Source of the DNA: Haliotis rufescens | Lineage: Eukaryota | Assembly (NCBI RefSeq): GCF_023055435.1 | Contig: NW_025964112.1 | Coordinates: forward strand, 20,770,001 to 20,834,000 | DNA length: 64,000 bases | Direction: 5' to 3' | Part shown: positions 1 through 12,120 of the stretch, piece by piece | Layout: every line of letters starts with the position of its first letter | Numbering within the stretch: the stretch's first letter is position 1 | Translations under genes and position numbers: made by a program | Notes under the pieces: generated by a model | What the model saw: the letters and a program-made list of their open reading frames with translations, nothing else | Told to the model about the DNA's origin: nothing | Database searches by the model: none

Positions 1-978
1 GATTGCCATGATAAAACATGGACCAAATATTATGTTGTTATTTTCAATAAACATAACCTTTACACCACTTTGTTTGAAACTTCTTTTTTACTTTTTTCCG
101 TTAGTATTATATGTTAAAGTAGTGTTGTTTGATTTTGCGTGTACAGTATAATTTTCAAATGTGATTATCAAATGTAGTTTCTTAGCTTTGAATATTTAAC
201 AACATTTGAATCATTTATATTAACACTAGTATTGTATTGTAGGCGATAGCGACACAACATTCGGAATATCGTTCAAAGGATTATTGAAATCACGTGTGTA
301 TTTCTAAATACATTTATGTCTTATCCGACCAGACATACGTAAAAGGATGCGGGCTCCATGGATTAGGATTTGTTTTTATTTAACCATGATAATTTTAACA
401 CGATTCTTTGATTTGGCAACCTATTCTTCTAAAATCTTGACTGAAAAAAAATGACTTGACTAACAGCTGATGATGTCACCTCTGATAAGTCGCCGTAATT
501 CTATGACCTCTTCAGGGTTGTTTAGCTGAAAACAGGACGCAATCTCCATATCACCATGACCTTATGAGATTAGCCTCCATTCGACTGAGAAAACTACTAG
601 TGTGGCTTTGATAATTCCGATTGATTCAGTCTCCGGGTCCATCGACCTACATCGGACAGTGTAACAAATTATTTAGTTTACAGAAAGTCAGGACTTTCAG
701 ATTTATACCAATGTTTTCTCAGCTGATTGCGCAGTAGTTCTAGGAATGTAAGATTTGTCAGAAGTAAACATTCAAATCACGAGATACATCATCAACATTG
801 TCCGTTAGTGTCTTACTTAAATATCCAGTGAGCTATTCCACGTGGGCAATACACATAAATTTATTATATATACGTGTCCGCGCTCGATAGCTTTTTCAAT
901 ACAACCCTTGTTTTTAAAAACATACGTTTATATAAACAGCTATCGCTCTTGAGATACACGTTGAAACGCCCGTTATAA
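1..978 (+). repeat. Segmental duplication block, copy of 48959-49936
   Basis: Near-identical colinear sequence at offset 48958; identity ends after CGTTATAA. Confidence 0.95.
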
Positions 979-1629
979 CCAAAACTACCTCTGAAACATA
1001 CTAACGGGCATGCCTAAACCCACAGAGAGAATGTACCAGCCCTCGTCCACTGCATTGGATGTATGTAGGTTATCTGATGCTAACACGGATATACAGTGTG
1101 AACTAAATATAATTGAAGAACGAAAACAAGAGATATACCACATTCTCACATATGTTTGCCAATGGCTACATTTGTCACGACCTAGTTTATTTACTTAGTT
1201 CCGGGTTGCTATTTTCTGTTAGTTCCGTTTCGTTCCCTCTAAAATATTCTACGTCGTAGTTTACAGATAGAGTAACGTAATCATCAGAAAAATACGTCTC
1301 GGTGCACTCATCCATGTGAAAAGATAAGACACACAAGTGGCGTTGTTTCCTTACGTACTACATTCATAAGAAAAACAACAGTTTACCTCAATTCATCAAG
1401 TCAACAACATGAAAGGGCTTAATGTCTCTGAAGTATATGTAACCATTTAAGCTAAAGATATGATTCACTCGTGGAAGCTGTGCTGTTTTAAACAGATGGT
1501 CATATAGGTTTAATGTTGACGCCTATGTCCGAACAGCTCCTTACGATAAAGGATAACGGTCCAGTTAGTGGTAGGAGTGTTAAAGTTAAAGCGTTCGCAC
1601 GACACGCCAAGGCCGAAGTCCACAAAACA

Positions 1630-1783
1630 GGGTGAATGAGTATGGTTTTACGCCGCTTTTAGCAATATTCCATCAATATCACGTCGGGGGACACCAGAAA
1701 TGGCCTTCACTCATTGTACCCATGTCGGGAATCGAACCCGGGTCTTCGAACGCTTCAACCAGTAGGCTACCCGACCGCCCCTC
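1630..1783 (-). mobile_element. tRNA-derived SINE (family 1)
   Basis: Reverse complement shows A-box GTAGCCTA.TGG, B-box GGTTCGATTCC and an ACTC-type tail; same family as 6290 and 50376. Confidence 0.85.
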
Positions 1784-2589
1784 CACGACACAGATGCTAG
1801 CCACATAGTTGTCCAAGGAATGAGTCTTTGTGTCCATGTGATTTCATCGTGCATGTGTGCACTGTATGTGTATATGTATGTGTATTTGAACAGTATTTCG
1901 GTCATATCAGGATCGTAGACATTTTTATACTTGGTGACACTCACGTGCATGGGTATAATGCTACCTCAGACCACGACATGCAGGCCAAGTGTGATGAAAT
2001 TGTGCAGATATACTACTATGCCCTTATATTTGGTTAAACACATTCTGCGTGTCTCAGGGTTGATCATGGTCTCCTATATTAGGAACGCCTGCTCAATCCT
2101 TTACAAATTGATATGAATCATTTGTGATGTTTTAATTTGTCAAATGTGGCTATCCAACGTTGATACATATTATGTGCGAGTGTGTGTAGTGGGTACATAC
2201 ATTGTTTCAGTGACATGTCAAATATTGCCACATATAAGGCCGGTATGTTAACAGAAGAAGGAATCTGCCAAACTATCACCTGTCACTGCTATCAAATATG
2301 GCTTAACTCTAAAACGTGAAAATATGTTCAGCGCTCTTTTGTACTGGATTCCAAAACTCTATAAAGATCTTTACAAAGAGATATACATTGCCGGGTCAAG
2401 CTAAATGTAATCCCTGATTAACCATTGTTAATCTAGAAAGGCCTGTTTATATATTCAAAGAAAGTATTTGAAACAAGTCAAATGAATACCATGTGGATTC
2501 TAAAAATCTCATATGATTTCCTTGAATACTAGTATCAGACAAGAACCAAGTTGAATTTTGTGAATTTTTTTAATTATTCAGGCTACACA

Positions 2590-3400
2590 CCACTATCCCA
2601 CACAACGAACTCAAGGCAAATGTTCATTTCTTGATCTATGGGGTATTTGTCACTAAACCTGATGACCAATGATATAGTTACTTCTCTATCTACAAAGGTG
2701 CAGGAATATGTGTCAAAAATGAAAGCAAAAGTCGTCTGAAGTTTAATGAGAAGCCAATATGTGAAATGCTGGACTTCCTCATAGAAACCCACATGTCAAA
2801 TCTGGGGATAGGACATTTTGACAAGCAGTGTTGTCCTCCCTTCCTTGCTGATCTGTTTCTTTAAGTCTATGAATCTGAATTTCTGATCGGATTTGCAAAT
2901 TCAAATTATGAGAATTTAACACAAGCTTTAGGTATATATGGATGGTCTGAAGTCGTTCAGTAATTGTCAAATAGCCAATTCCCTTCCATTGGTTTACCCT
3001 CCTGAACTAGAAAGAAAGGATACCAATGAAAACGCCACATGTGTTTAATATTTAGATCAATTTTCAAAGATTCAGTGACAGAAATCTCTCTACGAGACTG
3101 TTAGACAAGGCGATACAAATTTGATGCATCAGTGACGAAAATGACATCCTATGCAAAATTCCTTAGTTTATCTTGTACCATATGTTCCCTTGTTTGTTCA
3201 GGTGATCACTTGACTTACGTTTGATGTGTTAAAGGTGGGTTCAACTGATGCGGCAGGATACGCTCACCTCTACGCGAACATCTGGTAGCACAACTATTTA
3301 GTAGTGATTCTTAGACACATGCTTATGACATCGTCGGAATTGTACAATAGACTGATTTTAGCAGAGATAATGATGGAAGGGTTTTGTCACTTTTATTTAC
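2590..3400 (+). mobile_element. Degenerate Penelope-like retroelement RT remnant
   Basis: Broken frames read LLADLFL..YESEF, FRYI and YPPELE; homologous to 32330-33262. Confidence 0.6.
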
Positions 3401-4044
3401 AATATAAAATACAATAATAAAATTGTCAATGCAAGGTAATATCCAGCCTAGATTTTCTGCCCAAACAGATTCAACTTGGCGTAAAGGGCAAATAGCTGTG
3501 GAAATTATATGAATGGACCTCTGAAAATCAGTGATGACACCAGGTGTTCGCGAAAAGGGTAGGCATATCCTGCCCTGCCGTAGAATTACAGTGTTTCTGT
3601 TATATTCATGCGACTGTCATGGTCTTTGAGCACCACCATTACCGGCTTTAAGCGTACGTTAACTTAGCGTAGTTCTCTTCACCAATCACAATTTCTATGT
3701 TGCAAATCCCGCTTTCTTTCTTCCAAACCTTCCAATTACATTGCAACAACTGAAGACGATTCCAGTGGTCAGGACTGGTAATTCAGAAAGTGATTTGGTA
3801 GGTCATTAAAATGTGTCCCTGCTATTCAATGGGCAGAAGAAGGATTGGAAATGTTTAATGGGTGTGTCAGTGGAGGTTCAGGCCGCCTTTATTAACAATA
3901 TTCCAGCTATATCACGACTTGGGATACCATCAATGGCCTTCACACATTGGGGAAAAAGCTACAGATCATGCCGTTGCTTTGCAACAATTTGTGTAGATTT
4001 TCGAAATCTACGCCCAATTTCGAACCTGCATTACATTTTTGATG

Positions 4045-4050
4045 TTTATT
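4045..4050 (-). promoter_or_regulatory. Candidate polyadenylation signal of the BRICHOS gene
   Basis: AATAAA on the minus strand about 170 nt after the stop codon. Confidence 0.4.
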
Positions 4051-4219
4051 CAACGCCTTTCAAAATATATTATATTATATTATGTCCTTATCTTGTGGTG
4101 TTTGTATAACTTTGTGTGGCATTTACATGAATGCTGTTACTTCCTGTAACGAATGAATCAGAAAACAGCAAGTTGACGACAGTGGTTCTTGTCTCATTGC
4201 TGAGAAGCAAACAGTTTCT

Positions 4220-4362
4220 CTAACAAACTACTGTAACGTCAGTGTTACACGGATCAAACACGACGCCACTTGTGACTCGTCTGGCAAACTGCGAAATGCA
4301 CTTTCTTATTGGCCTCCACTTAAAGAAAAATCCTCTCTTGTGGCGCATGTTGGGGTTGACCT
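4220..4362 (-). CDS. BRICHOS gene last exon (RHKR site and 37-aa mature peptide at 4333-4223)
   Basis: Acceptor CTCTATTTCAG|, phase 1 matches exon 4, stop TAG at 4222-4220. Confidence 0.8.
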
Positions 4363-5358
4363 CTGAAATAGAGTAATATCAATTAACTGTGTAGTGACAG
4401 CATATGATAGCTTTCATTTATAGCTCATCACTCGAGTATAGCATGTTCAAGTACACAATGTTTACCGAGGACAAATCGTATTTGTCCCTGTTTATCTCCA
4501 ATCGATCAGACCCATGTAAATTGGGGTGCTTTAAGTAGTGTCTGTATTTCAACACTGCAGCTTCTTTCTTTTTTTAAAACACACTGTGCTTAAACATTGA
4601 TCATGCCATGTACACCTCCTATTTAGGCCCAGGAAATGTGTGTGACATATTGATCATCATCAGGGAAATTATGCAGGAAAAGGTGGCACCAAATCCAGAG
4701 GTGAACTTTATACTAGGCAACTGAACATTTTGGGGGGGAATGTGCAACGAACAAACTGGAGTCCTGCAGCCAGATACCCAAGAGCGACTGAAATGTTCAC
4801 ATGTAATAATAAGAAGGGGAATGCTCTTATGCTTGTCTTGTCTATGAAGACATGGTGTGTTTGGAGGGGTGGGGGTGGGGTGTCCTTCCTGTAACCCCAT
4901 TTTCGTAATGAGGAGAAGTATACCTCACTGTATACCACTGTAACTGGATAGCAGTCCGATTTCCCCTAACGACAGGCTGCTATCTATTCTATTGCTCTGT
5001 GACGTCATTGGCGTCGTTTCTTGTTCGTGACGTCATCCTATAGTATGTTCTATGACGTTGCTATTTGTAACTCATTGACCTCCGTTGTAAGCTTTTTTCT
5101 CTATAATTTATATAAATAAAGTCACGAACGAGGTTTCTTTAATAAATAATGTCTTTGCTCATCACATTTAATGATATTTAAATACGGTCCCATATCAGGT
5201 CAGTCACAAGCATCTTGGAATTTTTACTGACGGTATATGCTCATGTGGGGTGAGTAGTTCTGTCTGATTGGTCAATCTCACTTTGAGGCATAATAAATAT
5301 ATATTTTATGACTCAAAATGTGCCCGCTTACCATCAGTTAACTCCAAGATGGTTGTTC

Positions 5359-5435
<77 letters not shown>

Positions 5436-7565
5436 TACTAAGATAAATTTAACGTGTGTGATGTGATAGTAGGCTAAGATTATCGGTTCTACATACGTTT
5501 TGCATCAACCAGTCCGGAATATTTGCTGTCCACTAGGAACACTTCGTGATGGAGACAGAAGTCAGCTATGTGTGGTCCAAAGAGGAGTTTTACTGTCCAA
5601 GTCTTCAGTGGTGACAGTTTATCTACTCTGAGCCATTCCTCTTTAACACCGTCCAGCACATCATGAGCCTAATGAACAAAGTATGGGTGTGTGGTTATTC
5701 ATGTCATACTAGACAAGGCAGGACTGGCATAGGTAAACCAGTGGGAGAATGAGCATCTTCCTTACTGTAGGGATACGTTGCGGTATATATTAACCATGTA
5801 GTACCCCGTTCAATTACTATCATATGGTGCATTTGTCAAATACGATGCTATCAAGACAGATATCTTTATACTCAGATGCCATCAAGGCCATCTGACGTGC
5901 GCCATTAAATGCAAACAATAAGAAATTCGTTGTATCATTGAATTATCGTGACAATGAATCATATGCAACAAACCTTGTTTTAAACCTAGTAGACAATTAA
6001 TTCCAAACTCACACGTTTAGCCTCTTCTAAGCGCCGCTTCATGCCTGTCATAGTGGCGTTGAATCGTTGAATGTAGCACTGTTGATCGACTGCATTCCTT
6101 ATGGCTACAAAACTCTGTAAGGTGAGTTTCAAAATAATTAAGTATGAATATTTGCCAGGTATTCCAGGGGCAAGATTGGTATTGTTTTCACATAATATGT
6201 CACAGTATTTTAAACAGTTATTGCTTCTGGAAACACAACTCAAACGAACGGCAGAATCCTTTCGAAACATGAGGCCAAAACATTCAAGAGTGAGTGAGAT
6301 CTTACGCCGCTTTTAGCAATATTCCAGCAATATCACGGCAGGGGACACCAGAAATGGGCTTCACACATTGTACCCATGTCGGGAATCGAACCCGGGTCTT
6401 CAGCGTGAAGAGCGAACGCTTTACCACTAGGCTACCCGACCGCCCCGAAACATTCAAGAAACTGACTATTACTTTTCTTCTTAAAAACAAAATATATATA
6501 TATGTCATCAATGCGAGAAGTATTATACTTCTAGCTAAATATAGAAAGTGAACAATTATTGTGAAAATTTTTATGATGTGTAATGGGATGTAACAAAACG
6601 CTATATGGCTGAAATAATGCCGACGCGACGTTAATTTTTAACTCACTCATTGTAACCGTCATCATACATTCACATTGCGTTGAACAATGGCCAAACGAAT
6701 ACATAATGTGAAAATGGCTTGACCAAATATGGACACGGTGTACCTGTGCATGAATACATTGTTGTAAAACATAGTCGTACAGTGATAGTACGAGTCTACG
6801 TGTTCATGTAAGCCTTTGTTTAAAACATTACCCTTTCAATTTAATCTGATCAGTCTAAGCCTACGCATTTATATCCCCTAAGAGTTTTACGGCGGATTCC
6901 GGATTCCGTTTAAACCGCATTTATATTCCCGTTTAAACTGATCAGATAATTAAGTTGTATTTAATTTAAGATTTGGATTAATTCATGATTGGGAAATGTT
7001 CTTCACCGTTGAGAACACGTGCAGGTTGGTTGTTTCTCTGAAGCTGTCGAGAGCATTGGCAGGTTTGTGTGCTGTCACTTCCATTATGTCAGTGCCGAAT
7101 GTGACGTCGATGGGGATGATCTGGTCTCCAAACTTCCCTACGACATGGTACCCCTACAAACACATGACATTATATTTACATATACGCATCAAACAATACA
7201 CTGTGGAAGTTGCAAACATTTGTTTTAAGCGTTCGCTTACTTCAAACAAATTAAAAAATGTAATTGAATAGGCTACCATCGAAGAAGCTGTTAAGGGCAA
7301 GGTCAGGAGGAAACAACGTACTAGCATGACTGTATATGGTATACAAATATAAACATGTTATAATACAAGTGTAATAATAGTACAAGTGCTGAGAATCCGA
7401 AATGTTAAAGATACGTATAAGTAAATTATTGTATAAATGAGGAGGGATCCGCGACTAACACAGTAATACAAGTGTAAACTGTTGACAATATTGCCGACAT
7501 ACCTGAACTCCCGCACAACATCCAAACAGGAGGACACAGACAGCAACAGCGCTGAAGACTTGCAT
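4220..7565 (-). CDS. Secreted BRICHOS-domain precursor (208 aa) with furin-released C-terminal cationic peptide; coding exons 7565-7503, 7153-7007, 6114-6013, 5668-5497, 4362-4220
   Basis: All four introns are GT..AG with compatible phases (0,0,0,1) and there is no internal stop. Translation: MQVFSAVAVCVLLFGCCAGVQ / GYHVVGKFGDQIIPIDVTFGTDIMEVTAHKPANALDSFRETTNLHVFST / SFVAIRNAVDQQCYIQRFNATMTGMKRRLEEAKR / AHDVLDGVKEEWLRVDKLSPLKTWTVKLLFGPHIADFCLHHEVFLVDSKYSGLVDAK / QVNPNMRHKR-GFFFKWRPIRKCISQFARRVTSGVVFDPCNTDVTVVC*. The BRICHOS pattern (LHxFxxxFVAIR..CYI, then GxxIxxFC) was recognised by eye. Confidence 0.85.
5207..5355. mobile_element. Small MITE-like inverted-repeat element in the last BRICHOS intron
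   Basis: CAAGCATCTTGGAA..ACTGACGGTA pairs imperfectly with TACCATCAGT..CTCCAAGATGGTTG. Confidence 0.5.
5360..5433. repeat. (CA)n microsatellite
   Basis: Perfect dinucleotide run. Confidence 0.98.
5497..5668 (-). CDS. BRICHOS gene coding exon 4 (second BRICHOS Cys, GPHIADFC)
   Basis: Acceptor TTTGTTCATTAG|, 57 open codons plus 1 nt, donor |GTATGT. Confidence 0.85.
6013..6114 (-). CDS. BRICHOS gene coding exon 3 (first BRICHOS Cys, CYI)
   Basis: Acceptor CCTTACAG|, donor |GTGAGT; lies inside ORF 5986..6270. Confidence 0.85.
6290..6447 (-). mobile_element. tRNA-derived SINE (family 1), full length with TSD
   Basis: Flanked by direct repeat AAACATTCAAGA (6278-6289 and 6448-6459). Confidence 0.92.
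7007..7153 (-). CDS. BRICHOS gene coding exon 2
   Basis: Acceptor TTTGTAG|, 49 open codons, donor ACG|GTGAAG. Confidence 0.82.
7503..7565 (-). CDS. BRICHOS gene coding exon 1 (signal peptide)
   Basis: ATG at 7565, hydrophobic MQVFSAVAVCVLLFGCCAGVQ, donor CAG|GTATGT. Confidence 0.85.
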
Positions 7566-8499
7566 GATTTGGGGCTTGATGTCACAAACTAAGAATAAAG
7601 TAAACGATTGGTCATTTTAATGCACGTGATGGTAAGTAAAAGAATGACATTGACTCCACAGTCGATAACAACGTATACATAATGTTGCATAAACCGTCAG
7701 TAAGTTCATTTGTACATGTAACAATAATAAAGTGACGTCTTCTCAGCTGTCGTATGAACATCATGTTTATAATACTTGAACGTATTGTTATAGTGCAAAC
7801 CATTTCAATACTTTTATTTAAAATAGTGCAAACCATATTTCAAAACTTATTTAACATTTCATTTATCTAAATACCTAACTGGTTCAATATGTTTCCAAGT
7901 GCACCGAAATTCTATGCCTTTGTCTGTTTAATATATTCAGCAAACATTCGGCGTATCCCCTTTTATCATAAACCCCTCCGGGCAGGACCCTTAATCTCCA
8001 GCGCTATCTATAAATTCCAATTAACACCTCCTTACGTCGCCGGATCTTACGTATATACATACACGTCGGACAATGACCTTGCCACACGTTACGTAATACC
8101 TCGCTCTACAAAACCCGACTGACATTGTCAGTCAGGGAGACAGCCAGAAGGTAAGTGACAGAGCGAGTCTCCAACCGGGAACATTGGCCACTCGGTCCCG
8201 GTGTGCGTTCTGTCACGTTATTATGAACATGTACCTTTTCGACTCATTTCAACCTGCACCAATAAACATGGCTGTTGTCGTCTTAACTTCACCCCTGAGG
8301 TTTGTCTTCCGTCATCCCCCTGAGCTACCATCCGAGGGCCGACACTTACGCCCTTGGACAGTATGTTTGGCCGTTGATTTCAGCAGGGCGTGTAAGTACA
8401 AATGGTCCAGTGTTCACTTTCAATGCATGGAGAATCGTTACATTCCAGTAGTCCAAGCAATGAGTAAATATCCCAGGCATATACTTCTCCATGAAGATA

Positions 8500-8665
8500 A
8501 AGCTGCACTCAGCAATAGTCCAGCTATATGACGGCGGTCTGTTAAATAATCGAGTCTGGACCAGACAATCCAGTGATTGGGATCGATGACATGCATCAAC
8601 CAAGACAGCGAGCCTGACCACCCGATCCCGTTAGTCGCCTCTTACGACAAGCATAGTCGCCTGTT
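8500..8665 (-). mobile_element. SINE family 2 fragment
   Basis: Shares ATGACGGCGGTCTG..TCGAGTCTGGACCAGAC..CCCGATCCCGTTAGTCGCCTCTTACGAC with 17081, 34058 and 62330. Confidence 0.8.
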
Positions 8666-8939
8666 ACTGAACAGATAACATGTATGCTGTATAACGCCGC
8701 AGTCAGGCATATTTCAAACTATAAATAATCGATTCACAGTATTGTTCTGGGAACAAAATATGACAAGACGACTTCAGTGTGCAGAACTATAACTTTGTTT
8801 GTTTGTTGTTTAATGCACTTAGCAATAATCCAGCGAAATGACGGCTGCCTGTAAGTTATTGAGTCATTCACCGTCATTTATAGGTAATCATGGGATGGGT
8901 GTAGATTCATTTAATGAATTCATTTAATGAATCTACAAA

Positions 8940-9890
8940 CTTAGTCTAGGACAATCGCGCACAGGAGATTACGTGGGCGTAAAGTTTTCCGATCGGTTCC
9001 AAGCAGCAGGACGAACATGTCTTTGGCCATTAAGATCACTGTCAATTACAAACTTTTAAGAATTGAGTGGACAGGGCGTCAGACAGTTATATTGTGGTTC
9101 ATTCTCGACTTGATAGATCAGAGTAGTGTTTAGAGACGTGTCCATAAGCGCTACCAGCTGTGTACCATAGCACGTCAAGGCCGTGTCTGTGATGGCTTTG
9201 TGATGGTGTGTGCTGGCATCAGCTGCAGCGGGAGGACAGACCCAATATGTCCTGATGGTCGACTCCCGAGAACAAGGCGTTCGTTATCGTGATGGGATTT
9301 TCACTTCAGTCGTGGTACCCTTTACGTGTAGAATTGAAACAGAAAAATACCCGCCAACTCACACACAAGGTGTTTGTAAATGAGTTTTGTAAGAAATGGG
9401 ATCATCTGGGTATTGCCTTGGCGAGCTAAATGTTTTGACCAAAGCTGCCTTTGGGTATTTGTAGGGTGGACAACGTCCTGTAGCGCCTCATAATGTGAAC
9501 TGACACCTTTCAGCTCTGCAAGAGTAGTGGCTCCGGATCCAAAAGAGCTACCTACGGGACCCAAATCCAGAACAAATCTGAAGAGGACAGACGGTTGTCG
9601 GTTTCACCTTGGTTATAATCGTTATTAACATGCACTCCCCACGTCATTTCCTGGATGCTAGTAGCTGGTAAACATGTAAGCTATGGCCATTGATTTTCCA
9701 ATTAATTCGTGTTAATTCGTTTAACTATTTTTGTTATTAATTAGTATATTTTCCAGCAATTATTTGTCTATCTTGAAAAAATCAAATTAAACTGAGTTCA
9801 CTTCTATAATATATGATCAGCAATGCTATTTAATAAAAGACTGAGATAGGTGACATTTGACTAAATTCCATTCGTATTTTTGGGTCATCA
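8940..9890 (+). mobile_element. Highly degenerate Tc1-like transposon remnant
   Basis: Fragments read MVCAGISCSGRT and VLPW; many stops and frameshifts; ends approximate. Confidence 0.5.
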
Positions 9891-11829
9891 GTCAACGTTA
9901 TTGTGTTATTGATAATTCACCTGTCTTGTAGGTATAATTAATAGATATGTTCCAATATCTGGCAAATGGAATTTGAGGAAAACAAAACCATAACTGAATG
10001 TAATTCCCCGGCCGCGTCAAAAAAACAACGTTAAAAGGTGGTACATGTACTTGATGTAACCCTGCCTGGCGCTCGGCATTGTGGGGCTGAAACAACTACT
10101 GATCGGCTCGGAGTCAGTATGCTGTATGTGAGTGGATTCGTGTTAAACTGCAGCATGGTATCTCAGTGGGCTAGCTGTAGAAACTCGGCATTAGTCAGGA
10201 CTATTAAAAGCTTTCTCTTCATTTTTTGTTGGAAGAAAATTGTGAGTTAATTTATCACAATGTCCCAAATGAAACCATGACTAATCGAATGTGCATTCAT
10301 CATTCACGTGGTCATAACTGGTTGGCAGTTTCGTGTTCTTGGCAATTTTCACGAAGTCTCTATTTGTAGGAGAAAATACGCCTCCGTGGTTTTGGTTGAA
10401 AATGTAAACTCAATGGGAGAGGGATTTTACATTTCCAACCAAAACCGGAGGGTAGTGTTTTCTCTTGCTTATAAACCGTCAAACGAGTTTAATTCAACAA
10501 CAAAGCCTGTTCATGTATACGACTGTTGGCGAAAGCAGTCACTGCCCGAGAAATTGCGAACCAAAACAGAGGAGGAGTGTTTTATCCAACTTATGAACCG
10601 TCTAAACGCAAGAAATACGGGGGGGGGGGGGGGGGGGGGGGGGAATAAGAATCATCGGGATACATTTTAGTGAAACAATACAGGATGTCGTGGTATCAAG
10701 GGAATTCGATCAAAGAGTGCGAGAAAGAGAACACGTGCATCATGCAGCACAAACAGAAGTCGTGACAATTAACAACTTTTCATCACCTGCCCCGGTGGCT
10801 CAGTGGGAAAACAGTGGGTTACCAAACTAGACACGGTATGTGAGGTTCCATAATGAAAACTTTTATTTCTTGTCTTCGGTTTTAGAACATTGGACGTTTG
10901 AAACACCAAGTACTAATTTCATCTACTTCTTAACTCATCAGGTCTTACAAGGAAAATGTAAAACCTCATACCCTATGAAAAAGTAAAACCTCCCAAGAGG
11001 TTATTACGAGATAGGAAGATACCTACAATACAATAAGCAAAAGTGACAGTAGGTTTATAACTTAAGGACATTCTCAACTGAATGATCGCTGAACACTTTT
11101 TCCGCTCTGTAGGTATATGTGATAGAGACAGGCGAGTTGTTTGATTTCAAGCTAGGCCCTATTGTAGTATCAGTCAAATCTTAATTGCTCGGTACTTATC
11201 AATAATTAGGAGACACGCGAAGACGTTTGCATGAAATTACTTCACTGAAACACTTACCTCTATTCTGTCCGGTGAATATCAAGATGTGGTGTTTTGACTG
11301 AGATAGTAAAGCTTTATATACTGGTACTGTAGGTCCCAAATGAGAAAGTTATGTTAATGAATGCATATCATTCACGGTTTTAAGCACGCATATATCAAAC
11401 GTCTTCCCTTGTAGGACGTACTCCGCTTTCAGGATTTACATTTTGTGTAAACTTCCGTATTAACGCCCCCAGGGATGGGTCCGATGACGTCAAACGTCAT
11501 CCGTTTGTTACACTTAATATATGCGCCGCAAACAGCTGTTTGGCACTATGAATTTCCAAGTTGTTTACATCATTGAAATATATTTTTAATAGCCATGGCA
11601 TACGCTTGTTAACTGGCCTGTGTGTGAATATTCATAGTCTACCAACCTGCCACATCTCGTCAAGTTGTTGACATAACACCGAGTAGTCCAGACATACGCC
11701 AGCCTGTCTATTCTGTCAGATAAACATGACGCTCCAACCTCCCTTGTCAACTACAACAACACATGTATCTATAGTTTAAAAACCGCTTCCTCCTTATGAA
11801 ATAAATTTATAACAATAATAGGTCATTTA

Positions 11830-12120
11830 TATTGCGCCTATTTCCACACCACAATGGGGCAGCTCAAAGCAATCTTATTACCCCGGTTACTGGATCAGTG
11901 TGCACTAAACAATCATTCTCAGCTCCCTGGGGAGTTTACAACGCAAGCTGCCTGATAGGCGCTGGAAGGTTAACAACCGTCAGAGGCACGAACAAAGTCA
12001 CTTGCCCAAGGAGACACAACATGTGTTAAATGTGTTTCAGTGTGGGGCAAGACCGAAGCCCTAGAAACTCTCAGGAACCAAGCTGCCGACACGCGGTCAT
12101 CCACGGACTCCGCGACCTGT
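11830..12120 (+). repeat. Interspersed repeat, diverged copy at ~43880-44070
   Basis: Shared CTCCCTGGG..CAAGCTGCCT..AGGCGC..GAAGGTTAA..AAGTCACTTGCCCAA..CCAAGCTGCCG. Confidence 0.6.

Noticed and set aside
1828-2116. Possible plus-strand exon after GAACAG at ~1893
   Set aside because: Stops in frame, no partner exons and no recognisable domain.
4619-4938. Minus-strand ORFs as an extra BRICHOS exon
   Set aside because: No recognisable motif, and exon 4 joins exon 5 in phase without it.
10308-10670. 120-aa ORF with poly-Gly
   Set aside because: The poly-Gly comes from a G homopolymer and there is no domain signal.
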